This document shows, piece after piece, positions 38,212-52,572 of a stretch of 64,000 bases of DNA. The notes under the pieces are model-generated. The model had not been told where the DNA came from. It saw only the letters and a program-made list of their open reading frames with translations, and did no database searches. The stretch spans positions 186,001 through 250,000 of the forward strand of contig JALDZX010000004.1 in assembly GCA_022813865.1 (NCBI GenBank), in the 5' to 3' direction. This DNA comes from Xylographa opegraphella (Eukaryota). A program made the translations under genes and the position numbers. Each line of letters opens with the position of its first letter. The first letter of the stretch is position 1.

Positions 38212-39277
38212 ATGTCAGCGACTCAGAAGGCCTGGGGTAAGCGCTTTCTTTACTTCATATTCAATCCGCGGATCTAAGGATCTCTCTACAGAACTTGAGA
38301 ACGCAGTCAAGCTCGTTGATCCACACCGGGATGCTCTCTACGGCTATAGTTATGATGAACAGAAAGCCATCCAAACCCAGCAGCCGTGGCGCAAAGACCC
38401 GCACCATTTCAAACATGTACGAATATCCGCAGTCGCGCTACTGAAAATGGTCATGCACGCTCGTTCGGGTGGTTCCCTCGAAGTCATGGGTCTGATGCAG
38501 GGTAAGATAGCTGGGAATACCTTCATTGTGACAGATGCTTTCCGGATACCGGTCGAAGGGACAGAAACACGAGTGAACGCCTCAGATGAGGCAAACGAAT
38601 ACGTAATACAATATCTACAGTCGTCTCGTGAGAACGGAAGGGCGGATAATGCGGTTGGATGGTACCACAGTCACCCAGGCTACGGATGCTGGCTCTCAGG
38701 CATTGACGTTGCTACTCAGATGGCTCAGCAATTCCAGGATCCATTCTTAGCGGTTGTGATTGATCCAGATCGCACTATCTCCGCCGGTAAAGTCGAGATT
38801 GGTGCTTTTAGGACCTACCCAGAGGACTACAAACCACCCGGAGGCCAGGAAGATGATGACTACCAGACTATTCCTTTGTCAAAGATCGAGGACTTCGGAG
38901 CGCATGCAAGCCGGTATTATTCTTTGGAGATTTCTCACTACAAGAGCACGCTTGACACCCATCTTTTGGAGCTTCTCTGGAACAAATACTGGGTGTCCAC
39001 ACTCAGCCAGAGTCCATTGTTCACGAACAGGGAATATAGCAGCAAGCAGATGCTGGATTTGAGCCAAAAGATTCGAAACGCAGAGAGGAGTATTCAGTCA
39101 AGCTCGAGAGGAGGCCATATGGGAGGCCGAGGCAGTAGGGATAGTCATCTGGAAAAGGTAGTAAGGGACAGTAACAAGATCGCAGGTGAAGAGATTACAG
39201 GCTTGATGGCGGGAGAGATCAAGGCCAAGCTATTCGAAGGCGTAGGCACTGCTGCTAGATCCGAAAGCGCAGCATGA
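38212..39277 (+). CDS. CSN5: COP9 signalosome subunit 5 (JAMM metalloprotease)
   Basis: [34 protein letters not shown] motif [31 protein letters not shown] and LWNKYWV. One intron at ~38237-38291. Confidence 0.96.
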
Positions 39278-39327
39278 GAAGCGCAGCATGAGAAGCGCAG
39301 CATGAGAAGCGCAGCATGAGAAGCGCA
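39265..39327 (+). repeat. 14-bp tandem repeat (AAGCGCAGCATGAG)x4.5 spanning the CSN5 stop codon
   Basis: Perfect copies start at 39265, 39279, 39293 and 39307, with a partial copy at 39321. Confidence 0.95.
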
Positions 39328-39416
39328 TCGGCGTTTCTGGCCCAGGCATGGTGCATCAAACGTAAAATGATAGCAATGTGGGAATGCATAATGACACCAG
39401 AAAGTTGAGTAGACAA

Positions 39417-41470
<2,054 letters not shown>

Positions 41471-41720
41471 TCAGTCTATCAAGAGAGGTTTCCGGCAGAT
41501 TGCAGATGATGTCAAAATAGGCTTGCTGAGGAAAAAATGCGATGCCAAGGAGCCTTTCGAAGCTTTCCTTTCGTCTCATCTCATCAATGACTGCTGTTTG
41601 GGCATTCTACAAACAGTTATTTCGAATTTATACATAATGCCTTATCAGGAGACCTGGAAATAGGTGTATAGCCTCTAAACTATATGTGTTAAAGTCCGAC
41701 GTTTTCCATAATTGTACACA

Positions 41721-43226
41721 AGTAAGCTCTGATTTACACCCGACAACGGACCCAAAACTATTAACACTCGACAGTGACCGATTCTGCTGAAGAGATTGAC
41801 CTCTACGGTAGTTTAGATGTATGTCCGTAAATAGGGTGTACTGAGTCCCCTCCAGAGGTTCTTGAGATTACACGGGACGCAAGCAAAGCCGAAATAAAAA
41901 AAGCCTATCACAAAGTGAGATATCCTTGTTCTCCGGTCGCAGTAATACTCAGACAAGCTCCAGGCGGCCCTAGCAAGCCACCCGGACAAGGTGGCCGAGG
42001 AGGATCGAGAAGCTGCAGACATCAGATTCAAGGTTGTCAGCCAGGCGTACGAAATACTCTATGATGAGGGAACGAGAGAAATGTACGACGCCCACGGCAT
42101 GGCAGCCTTTGACAAAACCAAGGGCGGCATGCCTCAATATACCGACATGGACGACATCATCAACCAATTCTTCTCAATGGGAGGAGGAATACCCCCAGGT
42201 TTTGACGGCGGGAGGTCGAAAAAACCTCGTAAAGGCGCCGATCAGATCCAGGATTACCCAGTAACTATGGAAGATCTGTACAAGGGCAAGAGTAAGAAGA
42301 TAAAGATCACGAAGAACGTCATTTGTGGGTATTGCAAAGGTACGGGTGCAAAATCAAATACAAAGTCACATCAATGCAGCAGCTGTGGTGGCGAGGGTAG
42401 GCTTTACTGTCGCATTTAGTACTGTACGCAGCTTAGAAAAGATTACCAGGAGCCACACAGAAAGTGAAACACGTCAATGGCGATTATCGCCATATCAGTG
42501 CTGAGTGCAGTACCTGCCACGGATACGGATCCATTTTCAAGGAGAAGGACAAATGTAAAAAGTGTAGGGGTAAAAGGATTACACTGGAGAGCAAGGTGAT
42601 TGAGTTGTATATACCCAAAGGGTCTTAGTAAGCTTTAATTCTCTACTCTTTGATTATATGCAACTAACACATTATATAGTGATGGGGATAAGATAAAGTT
42701 CAAAGGTGAAGCAGATCAAGTACCGGGTCAAACACCTGGAGATCTCGTAATCCTTCTCAACGAGAAACCTCAACCTACATTCACAAGGAAGGGCGAACAT
42801 CTGCTTGCAACTATCAACATTGCCCTTGCAGAGTCCTTGTTTGGATTCTCGCGTGTAGTGCTCAGACACGTAGACGGCCGCGGCCTGCACATGAGTAGAT
42901 CTCGGGGTCAAATTACAAAGCCTGGTCAAACCTTCAAGATCGCTGGGGAAGGCATGCCCATCAAGAAGACGGGGATCACAGGCGATCTGTACCTCACGGT
43001 GAATGTCGAATTTCCAGACAATGGATGGATCCCAGACCAGAGCATGATATCAAGCTTTGTGAAAGCACTGCCACCTACTCGAAAGCCTCTGCTAGCTGAC
43101 ACAGTGGACGAAATCGAATATGATGAAAAGGCCGACATTAATCAGATTAGGATTGCCGACTCCAGGACTAACGAAGAAGATGAGGACGACGACATAGACA
43201 CAGCCCCTCAGTGTGCACAGCAATAA
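41721..43226 (+). CDS. Type I DnaJ/Hsp40 co-chaperone (Ydj1/Xdj1 family)
   Basis: J domain (DLY-EVL...EIKKAYHK-AALASHPDK...AYEILYD), CxxCxGxG zinc repeats, GEGMP and C-terminal CaaX-like CAQQ. The start ATG appears split by intron 41722-41774. Confidence 0.92.
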
Positions 43227-43674
43227 ACATCATTAGAAGTCAATATCGTATATAGCATTCTACGGCGTTGCTGCAGCATAGTTCCTAGGTAGAGACCATC
43301 AAGCTACTGCAGCTTGGGATTGGTTTTCTTGGGGGGTAAACTGTCTGTAGACGATTTGATGTATATTGATTCAAACCTCGTTTATATCATTCATTGTCGT
43401 ATAGAATGAGCATTTTAACAATGGCTGCTCATAAAGCACGAAGTAAGGTACTGGAAAATACCTAATGTTCCGGGAATAAGGTACCCTATTCCTTCGCTTA
43501 AATCATTAGCTTCCCACTAGTAACACTTCGCCAACCTCAATATTGAAATCCTGATTAACAGCGACGACAAAGTCAACGACAATACCGCCAAGGTAAGTAA
43601 TCTGACCTAGTGCTATTCTTCCATAACGCTGTATGAATCTGTCATTGATAGGCGACTGACCGGTGTTCCTACAG

Positions 43675-44420
43675 ATGGTTTCCGCAAAAAAGCACATCCC
43701 GATTATCAAGAAGCGTATGTCTCAATTTACAATCCTGCCACTGTCAAGACTTTCCTATAGCAACGAGGCGCTTCGAAGCAGGGTGGATACTTGGGCGAGG
43801 AAGAGAAGGTGGATGCTGATATGCTGCATTCGTAGATCCCAAACGCTTCAATCGCCACCAGAGCGATACCTATAAATGCGTCGATGCGAGCTGGAGAAAG
43901 CCTAAGGGTATTGACAACAGGGTTCGAAGACGGTTTAAGGGACAGGCAGTCATGCCATCGGTACGTCGATTTTGAAGATCAAGGATTTATTGAACGGGCT
44001 GGTCGTTGGTATGAGGGTAGCAAATTTGCTCAGGGGACCTGTTGTCCAGCGTGACAGTAACAAGAATGCGATTGTCTGCCGAAGGAGGTGGTAGAAAGAT
44101 AGAGCTGATTGATGCGACCCTCACAGATTGGATTTGGTTCTAACAGGAAAACCCGCCACCTGATGCCTTCCGGTCACAAGGCCTTCCTTGTGCACAATAC
44201 CCGTGACGTTGACCTTCTACTCATGCACAACAAGACCTTCGCTGCCGAGTACGTTCTCAGTCCCAGCTTGATCGCGAAAAAATACAAAAGTGAATGGCTA
44301 ACTTTCCCCAGGATTGGACATGCTGTTTCATCGAGGAAGAGGGTGGAAATTGTAGCGAAGGCGAAGCAGCTGGGTGTCAAGGTTACGAACGCGAAGGCGA
44401 GGGTCACAACGGAGTCGTAG
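43675..44420 (+). CDS. RPL32: 60S ribosomal protein L32 (eL32)
   Basis: [50 protein letters not shown]...[16 protein letters not shown]...[13 protein letters not shown]. An intron (43592-43674) ends directly before the ATG, with three more in the CDS. Confidence 0.96.
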
Positions 44421-44778
44421 GATGCGGGCTATGGTACGTTGCTTGTGCAGACCTTTATGCTGGCATGCCAGAAATTAAATGAAAGTCACACTTGCGATTG
44501 CACGACGGTTCATTTTCGCGCACAATATCGACTGGGCCGTGAGTCGATGCAATTTAATGATGAGCACGCACTTCTGTTCTTTTCACCTCACACTCTATGA
44601 TACATCCTTTCCGCCAGCACCAAAGTGGAGTGCGCTATCTAGATATAACACAAGAAGAACGGCCCCATCCGGTAGTCATTGTTTATTGTACAGTAGCTGA
44701 GATCGGAGTTCGATGCGCCCCTTAGCCTTCGATTTGGAAATGCCTAGCAGAACAGTTTGCAGTGTACAGGATCCTCTT

Positions 44779-46316
44779 TTATTTAATGATCTGTGTTACT
44801 AAACCCGTAGCCACAGTTCTACCACCCTCTCGGATATTGAACCGCTGTCCCGACTCCACGGCGACTGGGTTGTGGATCTCACAGATCATCTCCACATTGT
44901 CGCCTGGCATTACCATCTTGGAGTCCTTGTCGGGAGTTTCATCGGGCCAGTGCAGTGCTGCGGACTCGTCTTAGACCGGTGTTAGCATGAACGAAGAAAT
45001 AGAGGGCAAACAGTAAATCTTACCCGCTGTCCGAATAAAAATCTGTGGCCGGTAATTGTCGTGGAAACCAGTGTGACGTCCACCTTCCTCCTTGGTTAAG
45101 ACATACATGGAGACCATGAATTTCTGATGGGCTCTCGTGGTACCAGGCTTCACAATAACCATACCACGCTTAACGTCCTCCCGCTTGACACCTCTCAGCA
45201 GAAGTCCGGAGTTGTCTCCAGCTCTTGACTCTTCACATGACTTTTTGAAGGTCTCGATATCTGTGACTTTGGTCTTTATAGGATGCTCCCCCTTGCCTAC
45301 GAGCTCCACATCGGCGTCGCGTTTTAGTGTTCCCCGTTCTACACGACCAGAAGCAACAGTACCACGACCGGGAATGGAAAACACATCTTCAACCGACATC
45401 AAGAACGGCTTCTCAGTCTCGCGCACAGGTTCCGGAATCCATGTGTCCACCGCATTGAGTAGCTCATCAATCTTTTGGACTCCAATTTCAGGTCGTCGGC
45501 CTTCAAGCGCACAAAGAGCCGAGCCAAGAATGATCGGAGTGTCATCTCCTTCGAACCCATACGTTGTAAGAAGTTCCCTCATTTCCATTTCCACAAGTTC
45601 CAACATCTCCGGGTCCTCAAGCGCATCCACCTTGTTGACGAAAACAACAATCTTCTGAACACCAACCTGGCGGGCAAGGAGTAAATGTTCCCGGGTTTGA
45701 GGCCTGATACGTGGTCAAAGTCGCCCATTCTGCTCCTTGGAGTTTCACTTACATTTGCCCATCAGAAGCAGCCACCACAATCACTGCTCCATCCATATTT
45801 GATGCACCAGTAATCATGTTCTTGATGTAGTCGGCATGCCCAGGACAGTCGACGTGAGAGTAATGCCGAGTATCTGTCTGGTATTCGATGTGTGCCGTGG
45901 AAATGGTAATTCCACGCTTTCGCTCCTCGGGTGCCTTGTCGATTGCGCCATATTCCATGAAATTGGCAAAACCTTTTTCTGCTTGTCGTTTGGTTATGGC
46001 CGCCGTGAGGGTAGTCTAAGGATATACTGTCAGCATGATATTTGTTGTCTGTAGAAGCCAGCGGCCATACCTTGCCATGGTCAACATGACCAATGGTACC
46101 TGGCAGGATCAGTCAGCACCATATACAAGTAGAGGTTACTGTTAAACTACCAATATTAACGTGAGGTTTTGTGCGCTCAAATACAGTGGCAAGACCTCGA
46201 ATACCATTGCGGTCGAGGCCAAAGACATGCTGGACAGGATTTACTTCTTTCGGCCGTAGCAGGACGCTCCTGCTGGTTCGCAAGAGTGGGACCAAGGATC
46301 TTGAGAACGCCAACAT
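44779..46316 (-). CDS. TUF1: Mitochondrial elongation factor Tu
   Basis: Presequence, [59 protein letters not shown] and [13 protein letters not shown]. Four introns. Confidence 0.97.
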
Positions 46317-46900
46317 CCTCGATACCACCAGAAGCAGGAGAGTTCAGGCGTTGTAATCAAGGACTGACCAAACAACTAATGTTTGTCTTCATTCCTCCGA
46401 AATAAGGTAGTCATCGAAATTTCTCTAGTCTAGACTAGCACAGAGCCGGGCGCTAAGGCAGCTAGATTAAGCTCATAATGTAGGGGCCAGTTACGGGAAA
46501 TACGCGCCTCGAACTTCTCTCCACCCTGTTAACTGGACATGAACGCACTCTTCTAGCAATCCGTGTGAATTGCTTCAACTTGGATGTCTCTCCGTAAACT
46601 GTACATTATATTTACAGCACAGTATATCGGAGTTGTTGGTACGCCCAAGCATGCGGGATCTAGGCGCGGATTCGATCCCTACAAAATCTATCACCGGTGA
46701 TCCTTGCGCATCGTCCGGCGGCTGTTGGCATGCATTCATTGGACTGGACATACCGAGTTTCAATTCATGCATCCATCTCGTAGTTGCGCGTTTGTGTGCT
46801 ATAGGCTGCAGGGGATCAGCATAAGGCTTTCAGCAGGCATTTTCCTTTGCTTCACAACTCTTATTTCTGCTACAGTTTTTTGGGCACATGGTATATTATT

Positions 46901-49347
46901 ATGGCGTTCAGTTCTCAATTTGCCCTCTCATACGGGCTCGACAATATTCTCCCTGTAGTACCGATTGTCAATTTTGCAAGTGAAGGTTTACTAGAACTTG
47001 TCAGAACTCATAAAAGATCCGGCTCCGATTTACCTACGGAGTATGAGTTGGCTCGCGCTTTAGGTCGAAATAAAATCAATACTCAGTTCGAAAACAGTTT
47101 CAAGACCGCGATTCGTCATTCCACCGTAGTTCGTCGAGTATATGACATAGCCGAGCTGGTCCTCGAAGCTGGCGCCGGTCCAACGGTTGAGCACACTGTT
47201 AGCAGAGGTCCTTTTTCTTCTATGGTTATACAAATGTCATTGTTGTTATGGTCCCACCAAATTGACACGCTTGTCAAGGCAGTTGGGAAATTGCTTCGAC
47301 GTGGGAAGGACCAGAAGCAGGAGAGTCATCCTAGTCCCGAAGTATTATTAGGCACTTTCAGAAGCATACGACAACAAACGAGCGGATATCCCTGGGAACT
47401 TTTGTTCGCTGCGGTTGAGGAGACTCTGAAAGCACAGCTGGGCTTGATATCATCTCAACTGTCTCGTCCTACTCCGTTTCCTGTACTTCAAGTGATAGCA
47501 AGTGGGATCAGTCTGCTACAGAGCCGTCCTGGGAGCGTATTTATGGCAGTCCGTACTTTGGAAGGACTAAGTACGATTGTTGTTTGGGTGCACAACATGC
47601 TGGGACTTACAGTAGAGATAAAAGCTGACCGGGGCAATACTTTCTTTGGCCCTAAACCCGCTGCAGTTTTTGTCGACTGCAGGAGAATCGGTGGCCCCTT
47701 TCTTGCAGAGGCTGCTATACTCAACGAAAGCCAAGATGTCAAATTTCAAGTCGTTTTCAACCCAATGGTTGATCCGCCACTACGACCTACGAATGCTCAT
47801 CCATTGAAAGGATATGGATCAAAGTTTGTGCAGGAACTTTTGGGGATTTGGATCTCCGATGCTAAGGAGGGAATAATCACTCAAAGGATTGTGTCCCATT
47901 ACATGTCAATCTGTGTGGCGATTGTGGAGGATTACAGAACATCGAAGCAGCGTTCCGTTCATAGAACAGCCGACGAACATATACCATCCAGGCAAAGAAT
48001 ATTTGCAGTGGGGAAACTGCTCTTCCCCAGATTTGAGATATCATCAAGCAGCATGCACACGCAGAATGCTTACACGAGATATTCATATGATGAGATCAGA
48101 GGCATTCCACATGATGATTTTTGGGGCTCAAATAAGGTAGGGACGTGAGACATGAACACGTTTCCGAGTCTTATAACACGCAATTTCGTCAAAGTCAGAA
48201 AAACTGAAAATCTCGTTCGATGAGGGCGCTTCAGGGTACAATCTTCGCACTCTCGGCAGTAGACAACTTACATGACTGCGAAACAGTGCCGCTCAACGTT
48301 GATAGCTCTTCCAAATACGATAATCATATGTGCTTGACGATGTCAAACAGCTTCAACACTCTGGCGAATCTTATGAGCGACGGACCTCTCGAGACTTAGG
48401 ACCTGGCAAAAGCAGGAGTGATTAGTGGCAGAGGATGGAGCCTCTGTATGAGCTCGATCGTATCCTCTGATCCAGAGTCACTTCGTCCAGGATTGACAAT
48501 ACTTCATGGCGTCCCTTCACGTGATGGTGGACGCAGGGAATGTATTCGAGACTCCCAAATTCATGGCGAGTCGGATTGTCAAGTTGAAAAATATTCGAAC
48601 TGTACTATTGTTGCAGGACCGGGAGACACGTCCCATATCTCAAGTTTTATTAAGGGGTCAGAAACGGCTTATTATATTGGAATGGACGATCGATCATTCT
48701 GGGTGCATAAGACTTTTACATGTTTTGAAGATACTCCACCAACAAAAGACATAGCGACAATTAGAGACGGTTTTAGGATCTTGCAAGCTTTCTACTGGGC
48801 AATTTGCCAGTTACCGGACTGCGACCACTTCGCCGAGAAGGAGAAGGAGTTGAGCATACCCCCTCAAACTTACGTATTCGCAGGCTTGTGTGAGCTGATC
48901 ACGAAGGACTCGCTCAGATATAAGAAAACTTTACGTGTCGCCGGAGCAGCAGACAGTCTTCCAAACGTGGCGGGCGCAGGCCAGGTAGACGCCCTAGGTT
49001 CGCTGCAAACCAGCTTGGATGAAGACGGCAGCACGAGTGACGACAGCAGTTCAGATGACCGCAGCAGTTCAGATGAACAGAGCGATTCGAACAATGAGCG
49101 GCCGCCCGATCTTGCTGTCCAGCGCTCCAGCACTGCCGTTCCTCTAGAAAGGCATGCGCCATCTGTGTATCTTAGTCTGAGCTACAACAACCCAGCGTTG
49201 CGATGGATTTTGGTCAGGAACCTTCGTGTAACGTCGTGTTTCGATGCTGTTTACTTGAAGCACAGTAGATGCTGTACACCCTGCGCGATCAAGTTTATCC
49301 AGGCACGGACTTCCCGGAAGATTCAGCGTGTAGCATTGGTCACTTGA
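46901..49347 (+). pseudogene. Disrupted paralogue of the 50179-52572 gene (unknown function)
   Basis: Colinear similarity to the partner (SGSD..TE, AEL.LE.GAGPTV, GWSLC, GVPSR.G, CCxxCAI). Frame break at ~48148-48220 and an in-frame TAG at 48397-48399. Confidence 0.75.
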
Positions 49348-50178
49348 CCGAAGTGAGTGGAGCAGAAAATATTGGGATCAGAAGGACTTGAGCCCGTTGC
49401 TACTGGCATATCGTCTCCGGCATGCTCATTCCCTTAGCTGTATACTCTGGATCATACGACGCTATCTGATCCACGAGCTTTGCTGTTGCAGTTACCATGG
49501 ATATGCAAAGTACGAGTTTTTCACTCTCGCGCTATCTTTACAATGCGGACTTTTGCGTGGTATAGAGATATTGTATTTGACCTACGCATAAGTGGTCTAC
49601 GCGAATGCATAAAATGACATAAGCGCTATAGAGCAAGAAAAGGGCTATGCGAAACCTGAATATAAATCGAAGAGGCACATGAAATCCATTTATTTCGTCA
49701 TTATGAAAATTCCCATTGTCTTCACTGATCCGTACCGCCCAACGGTTATCCTGACACTTGCGCTTACATTTAGTTCGCCAACGTGTGTAGCCCCTTTTGC
49801 CAATAAAAATGTGCTTTGAAAGTTCGCTGAATGGATTCGTACGCTGATGTGGCCGTTTCGTTTCTTTCATGGCGACCAGATCTCTGGACGATCGCTATAT
49901 CCCTTGACCGTGAGTAGTACTATCCGACCATGCAGCGGGAAAGTCGGAAAGGACGAGGTACTTGGTAATAACCAACAGCGTGCTGTTCTCAATCTAGCTT
50001 CCGCGGTGGAATCTGGAGACAGGTGTGAAGGAAGGCGAAATTCAAAGAACCAGCGTGGCTGCTAGAAGCCCATGGCATGTCAATCTTCCACTACTTCCTA
50101 TTTACAGACATTGCAGGCAAATGTCGCAGTAATTTATAGCTTCACTCGCCAGGAGAGGTGAATTCCGGAACGGGCGGC

Positions 50179-52572
50179 CTATGCGATCAGCCCAACATGC
50201 TCGAACCCTTCTCGACCTCGTTCCTTAACAAAAGCGATAGCGCAGTCCACGCAGCATGCATCGTGCCGGAGGTAAAACGCCGCGAAAACAGAAAGCGTGT
50301 GACCACGATGGAAAGTCCGAAAATTCCCCAGCAGGATCCACCTCACCGCACTGTTCTTGGCGCTCTGGCTGATGTGTACCTGTCGTCGCCCTTCGGCAAT
50401 GAAGTCGAGCAGACCCCGGTCCACTGTCGACCTGCTCGACAATGGCTGCTCAGACGGCCTCGAGGTTGCTGCTGCCGATTCAGGGGCTTCGTTTGGCTGT
50501 GGCAGCTTTGCTGGGGCCACCTCCCTCGGTCCTGTCCCGGAAGCGCCTGGTTTGCAGGATTTATGCCGATACAGCTTGCCGGCCAAACCGTCAGAGCGAT
50601 CTGATCCTAAATGGCCGAGAAGGCCCTTGAAGACCCACACAGCTGGCGGTACTGTTATCTGATCGTTGGCCTGAAAGGAGTGTTCGCACGCCGGAACAAG
50701 ACATGCCTCCCAGAACAGATCCTGCATGTATCGAAAACCCTCACGAATATATGCAGAAGGCCCGTCGACGCGTTCCATGCATGAGAATATATTGAACACT
50801 ACAAAGGCCTTTCTCCCAGAGACCGTGGTAGTCCCAATCATGTGTTTCGACGTTGAAAGTGGTAGGAAACTCTTCACAGACACCTGCTCCGTTTCAGATG
50901 CCACAATCTTATGAGCTTCACAAACAGCACCGAGTTCAAGATCGGAGTCCCATGTAACGTTATTGCCGGCGTCCATTATCCAGTCTTTACGCTCTCCTAG
51001 ACGGGATGGAACGCCTTGAATCAAGGCTAGATCTGTGAAGACGTCCCCAGGATCGGATGCTCTAATTGAGCCGATACAGAGACTCCAGCCCCTATGACTT
51101 ATCACAACGGCACGATCGAAGTCGGTTTGATCAGGCGCTTTGCCAAGGAATAGTAACGCTAGCAGCGCAAAGGCCTCCTTCACAGTGGTAAGGCGAACAG
51201 TTCTGAATTCGGCCATTGGTAGCATATTTGTGCTAAGAGGGGCCTTTCTGCAGTCTTCTACATTCCCTATCCGGGTCATTGCGAGAATGATTACACAAAG
51301 CCTCTTGAAAGTTATACGAAGGTACTTTACCATATGTTCATGTGTTTTTGACTCCATTTCAAAAGGCACAGTAATTTGTCGAACACTCTCCAAATCCCAC
51401 TCTGCTCGTGCCAAACAGACTTCATCCATAATTGCTTCCACTTCAGAGGAGAGAATAAAATAAGCTGGAAAAAGAATTTTACCAATACTTATTATGCTCT
51501 CCTTGGTTGGCACAACATAGTTGTTCGTGACGTCGACACGGCTTTGAGCTTGGAAATTAGATACTTCTTGAATAATCTGAAAACATGATTTCATGATTTG
51601 AATCACGAGCAGCCGCCCGACACTTTGATCTTCAAAGTACGCATTTACTATCTTCGAGCCGTAGCCTTCCATGGGATGTATATTTGCAGGCTCAAGCTGT
51701 GGATCTTCCAACCAATTTGTACTTGCATGAAAGACTACGTCTTGAGTCTCGCTCAACAACGTTACTTCGTCTCGTGCACGACTATGAATTGTGCCACAAT
51801 CAATCAGCACTCTGGCAGGACCATCTCCAAACTTCACACTATATGTTTCCGAACGGACCTCAACTGTCAGGCCAAGCACCTGATGGGCCCAGATAACGAT
51901 GGTTGAAACACCCGCAACAGTCCGGAGAGATAAGAAATGGCTTTCGGGAAAGCGCTGAACGGCCGGCAGTGCATCCAGGAGACTTCGAAGTACGACATGT
52001 GCAATGGGTCGCTGGAGACAGGTCTCATCTAGGCGGAGCGCGTCCTTTAACTTCTCGTCTACAGCGGCAAACTGTAATTCCCACGTAAATCCGCAAGTCT
52101 GTTGCGAGATGCATCGCAACGTCCCGAGTAAAGCATCATATCTTGGGATATTTGAGTCCTCTGCAGAAGCTCGACATTCTAATGCCGTGGCCAATGACAA
52201 AGCAAGCGAGGTTGTCCTATGGGCCCAAACGAGCAGGGAGATTTGGACGATCATAGAGAACAGCGCAGCATTATCAAGTGCCTGTTTGACGGTTGGTCCT
52301 GCGCCAATTTCAAGGATAAGCTCTGCGATACCAGCCATCTGATAAATGTTTGAATGCTGTACAACATTTCGGAACGTGCGCAGGAATGGTGGGTTGATGT
52401 AGCATCGTCCGAAAATGGCTCCCAGGTCATGCTCCGTAATCCAGTCTGAACCCGAGTTCTGTAGATTTCTAACCACGGCAAGCAAATGCTTACTAGCAAC
52501 ATTAACAATTGGCGCCAAGGGAACAATTTTGCTTAGTTCGAGTGAGAGAGAGAAGTTGTTTGAGAATGACAT
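50179..52572 (-). CDS. Intronless ~797-aa hypothetical protein (uncharacterised family) with C-terminal CxH...CCxxC motif
   Basis: Long uninterrupted ORF starting MSFSNNFSLSLELSKIVP. It aligns end-to-end by eye with the neighbouring paralogue. Confidence 0.85.
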   Translation of the reverse strand: MSFSNNFSLSLELSKIVPLAPIVNVASKHLLAVVRNLQNSGSDWITEHDLGAIFGRCYINPPFLRTFRNVVQHSNIYQMAGIAELILEIGAGPTVKQALDNAALFSMIVQISLLVWAHRTTSLALSLATALECRASAEDSNIPRYDALLGTLRCISQQTCGFTWELQFAAVDEKLKDALRLDETCLQRPIAHVVLRSLLDALPAVQRFPESHFLSLRTVAGVSTIVIWAHQVLGLTVEVRSETYSVKFGDGPARVLIDCGTIHSRARDEVTLLSETQDVVFHASTNWLEDPQLEPANIHPMEGYGSKIVNAYFEDQSVGRLLVIQIMKSCFQIIQEVSNFQAQSRVDVTNNYVVPTKESIISIGKILFPAYFILSSEVEAIMDEVCLARAEWDLESVRQITVPFEMESKTHEHMVKYLRITFKRLCVIILAMTRIGNVEDCRKAPLSTNMLPMAEFRTVRLTTVKEAFALLALLFLGKAPDQTDFDRAVVISHRGWSLCIGSIRASDPGDVFTDLALIQGVPSRLGERKDWIMDAGNNVTWDSDLELGAVCEAHKIVASETEQVSVKSFLPLSTSKHMIGTTTVSGRKAFVVFNIFSCMERVDGPSAYIREGFRYMQDLFWEACLVPACEHSFQANDQITVPPAVWVFKGLLGHLGSDRSDGLAGKLYRHKSCKPGASGTGPREVAPAKLPQPNEAPESAAATSRPSEQPLSSRSTVDRGLLDFIAEGRRQVHISQSAKNSAVRWILLGNFRTFHRGHTLSVFAAFYLRHDACCVDCAIAFVKERGREGFEHVGLIA

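Noticed and set aside
39265..39327. CRISPR-like array
   Set aside because: Head-to-tail 14-bp units without spacers, in a eukaryotic locus.
43961..44125. Intronic snoRNA in the long RPL32 intron
   Set aside because: No clear C box (RTGATGA) with a terminal stem, and no H/ACA layout.
46655..46685. tRNA T-loop-like GGATTCGATCCC
   Set aside because: No acceptor stem, D-arm or anticodon arm can be folded around it.
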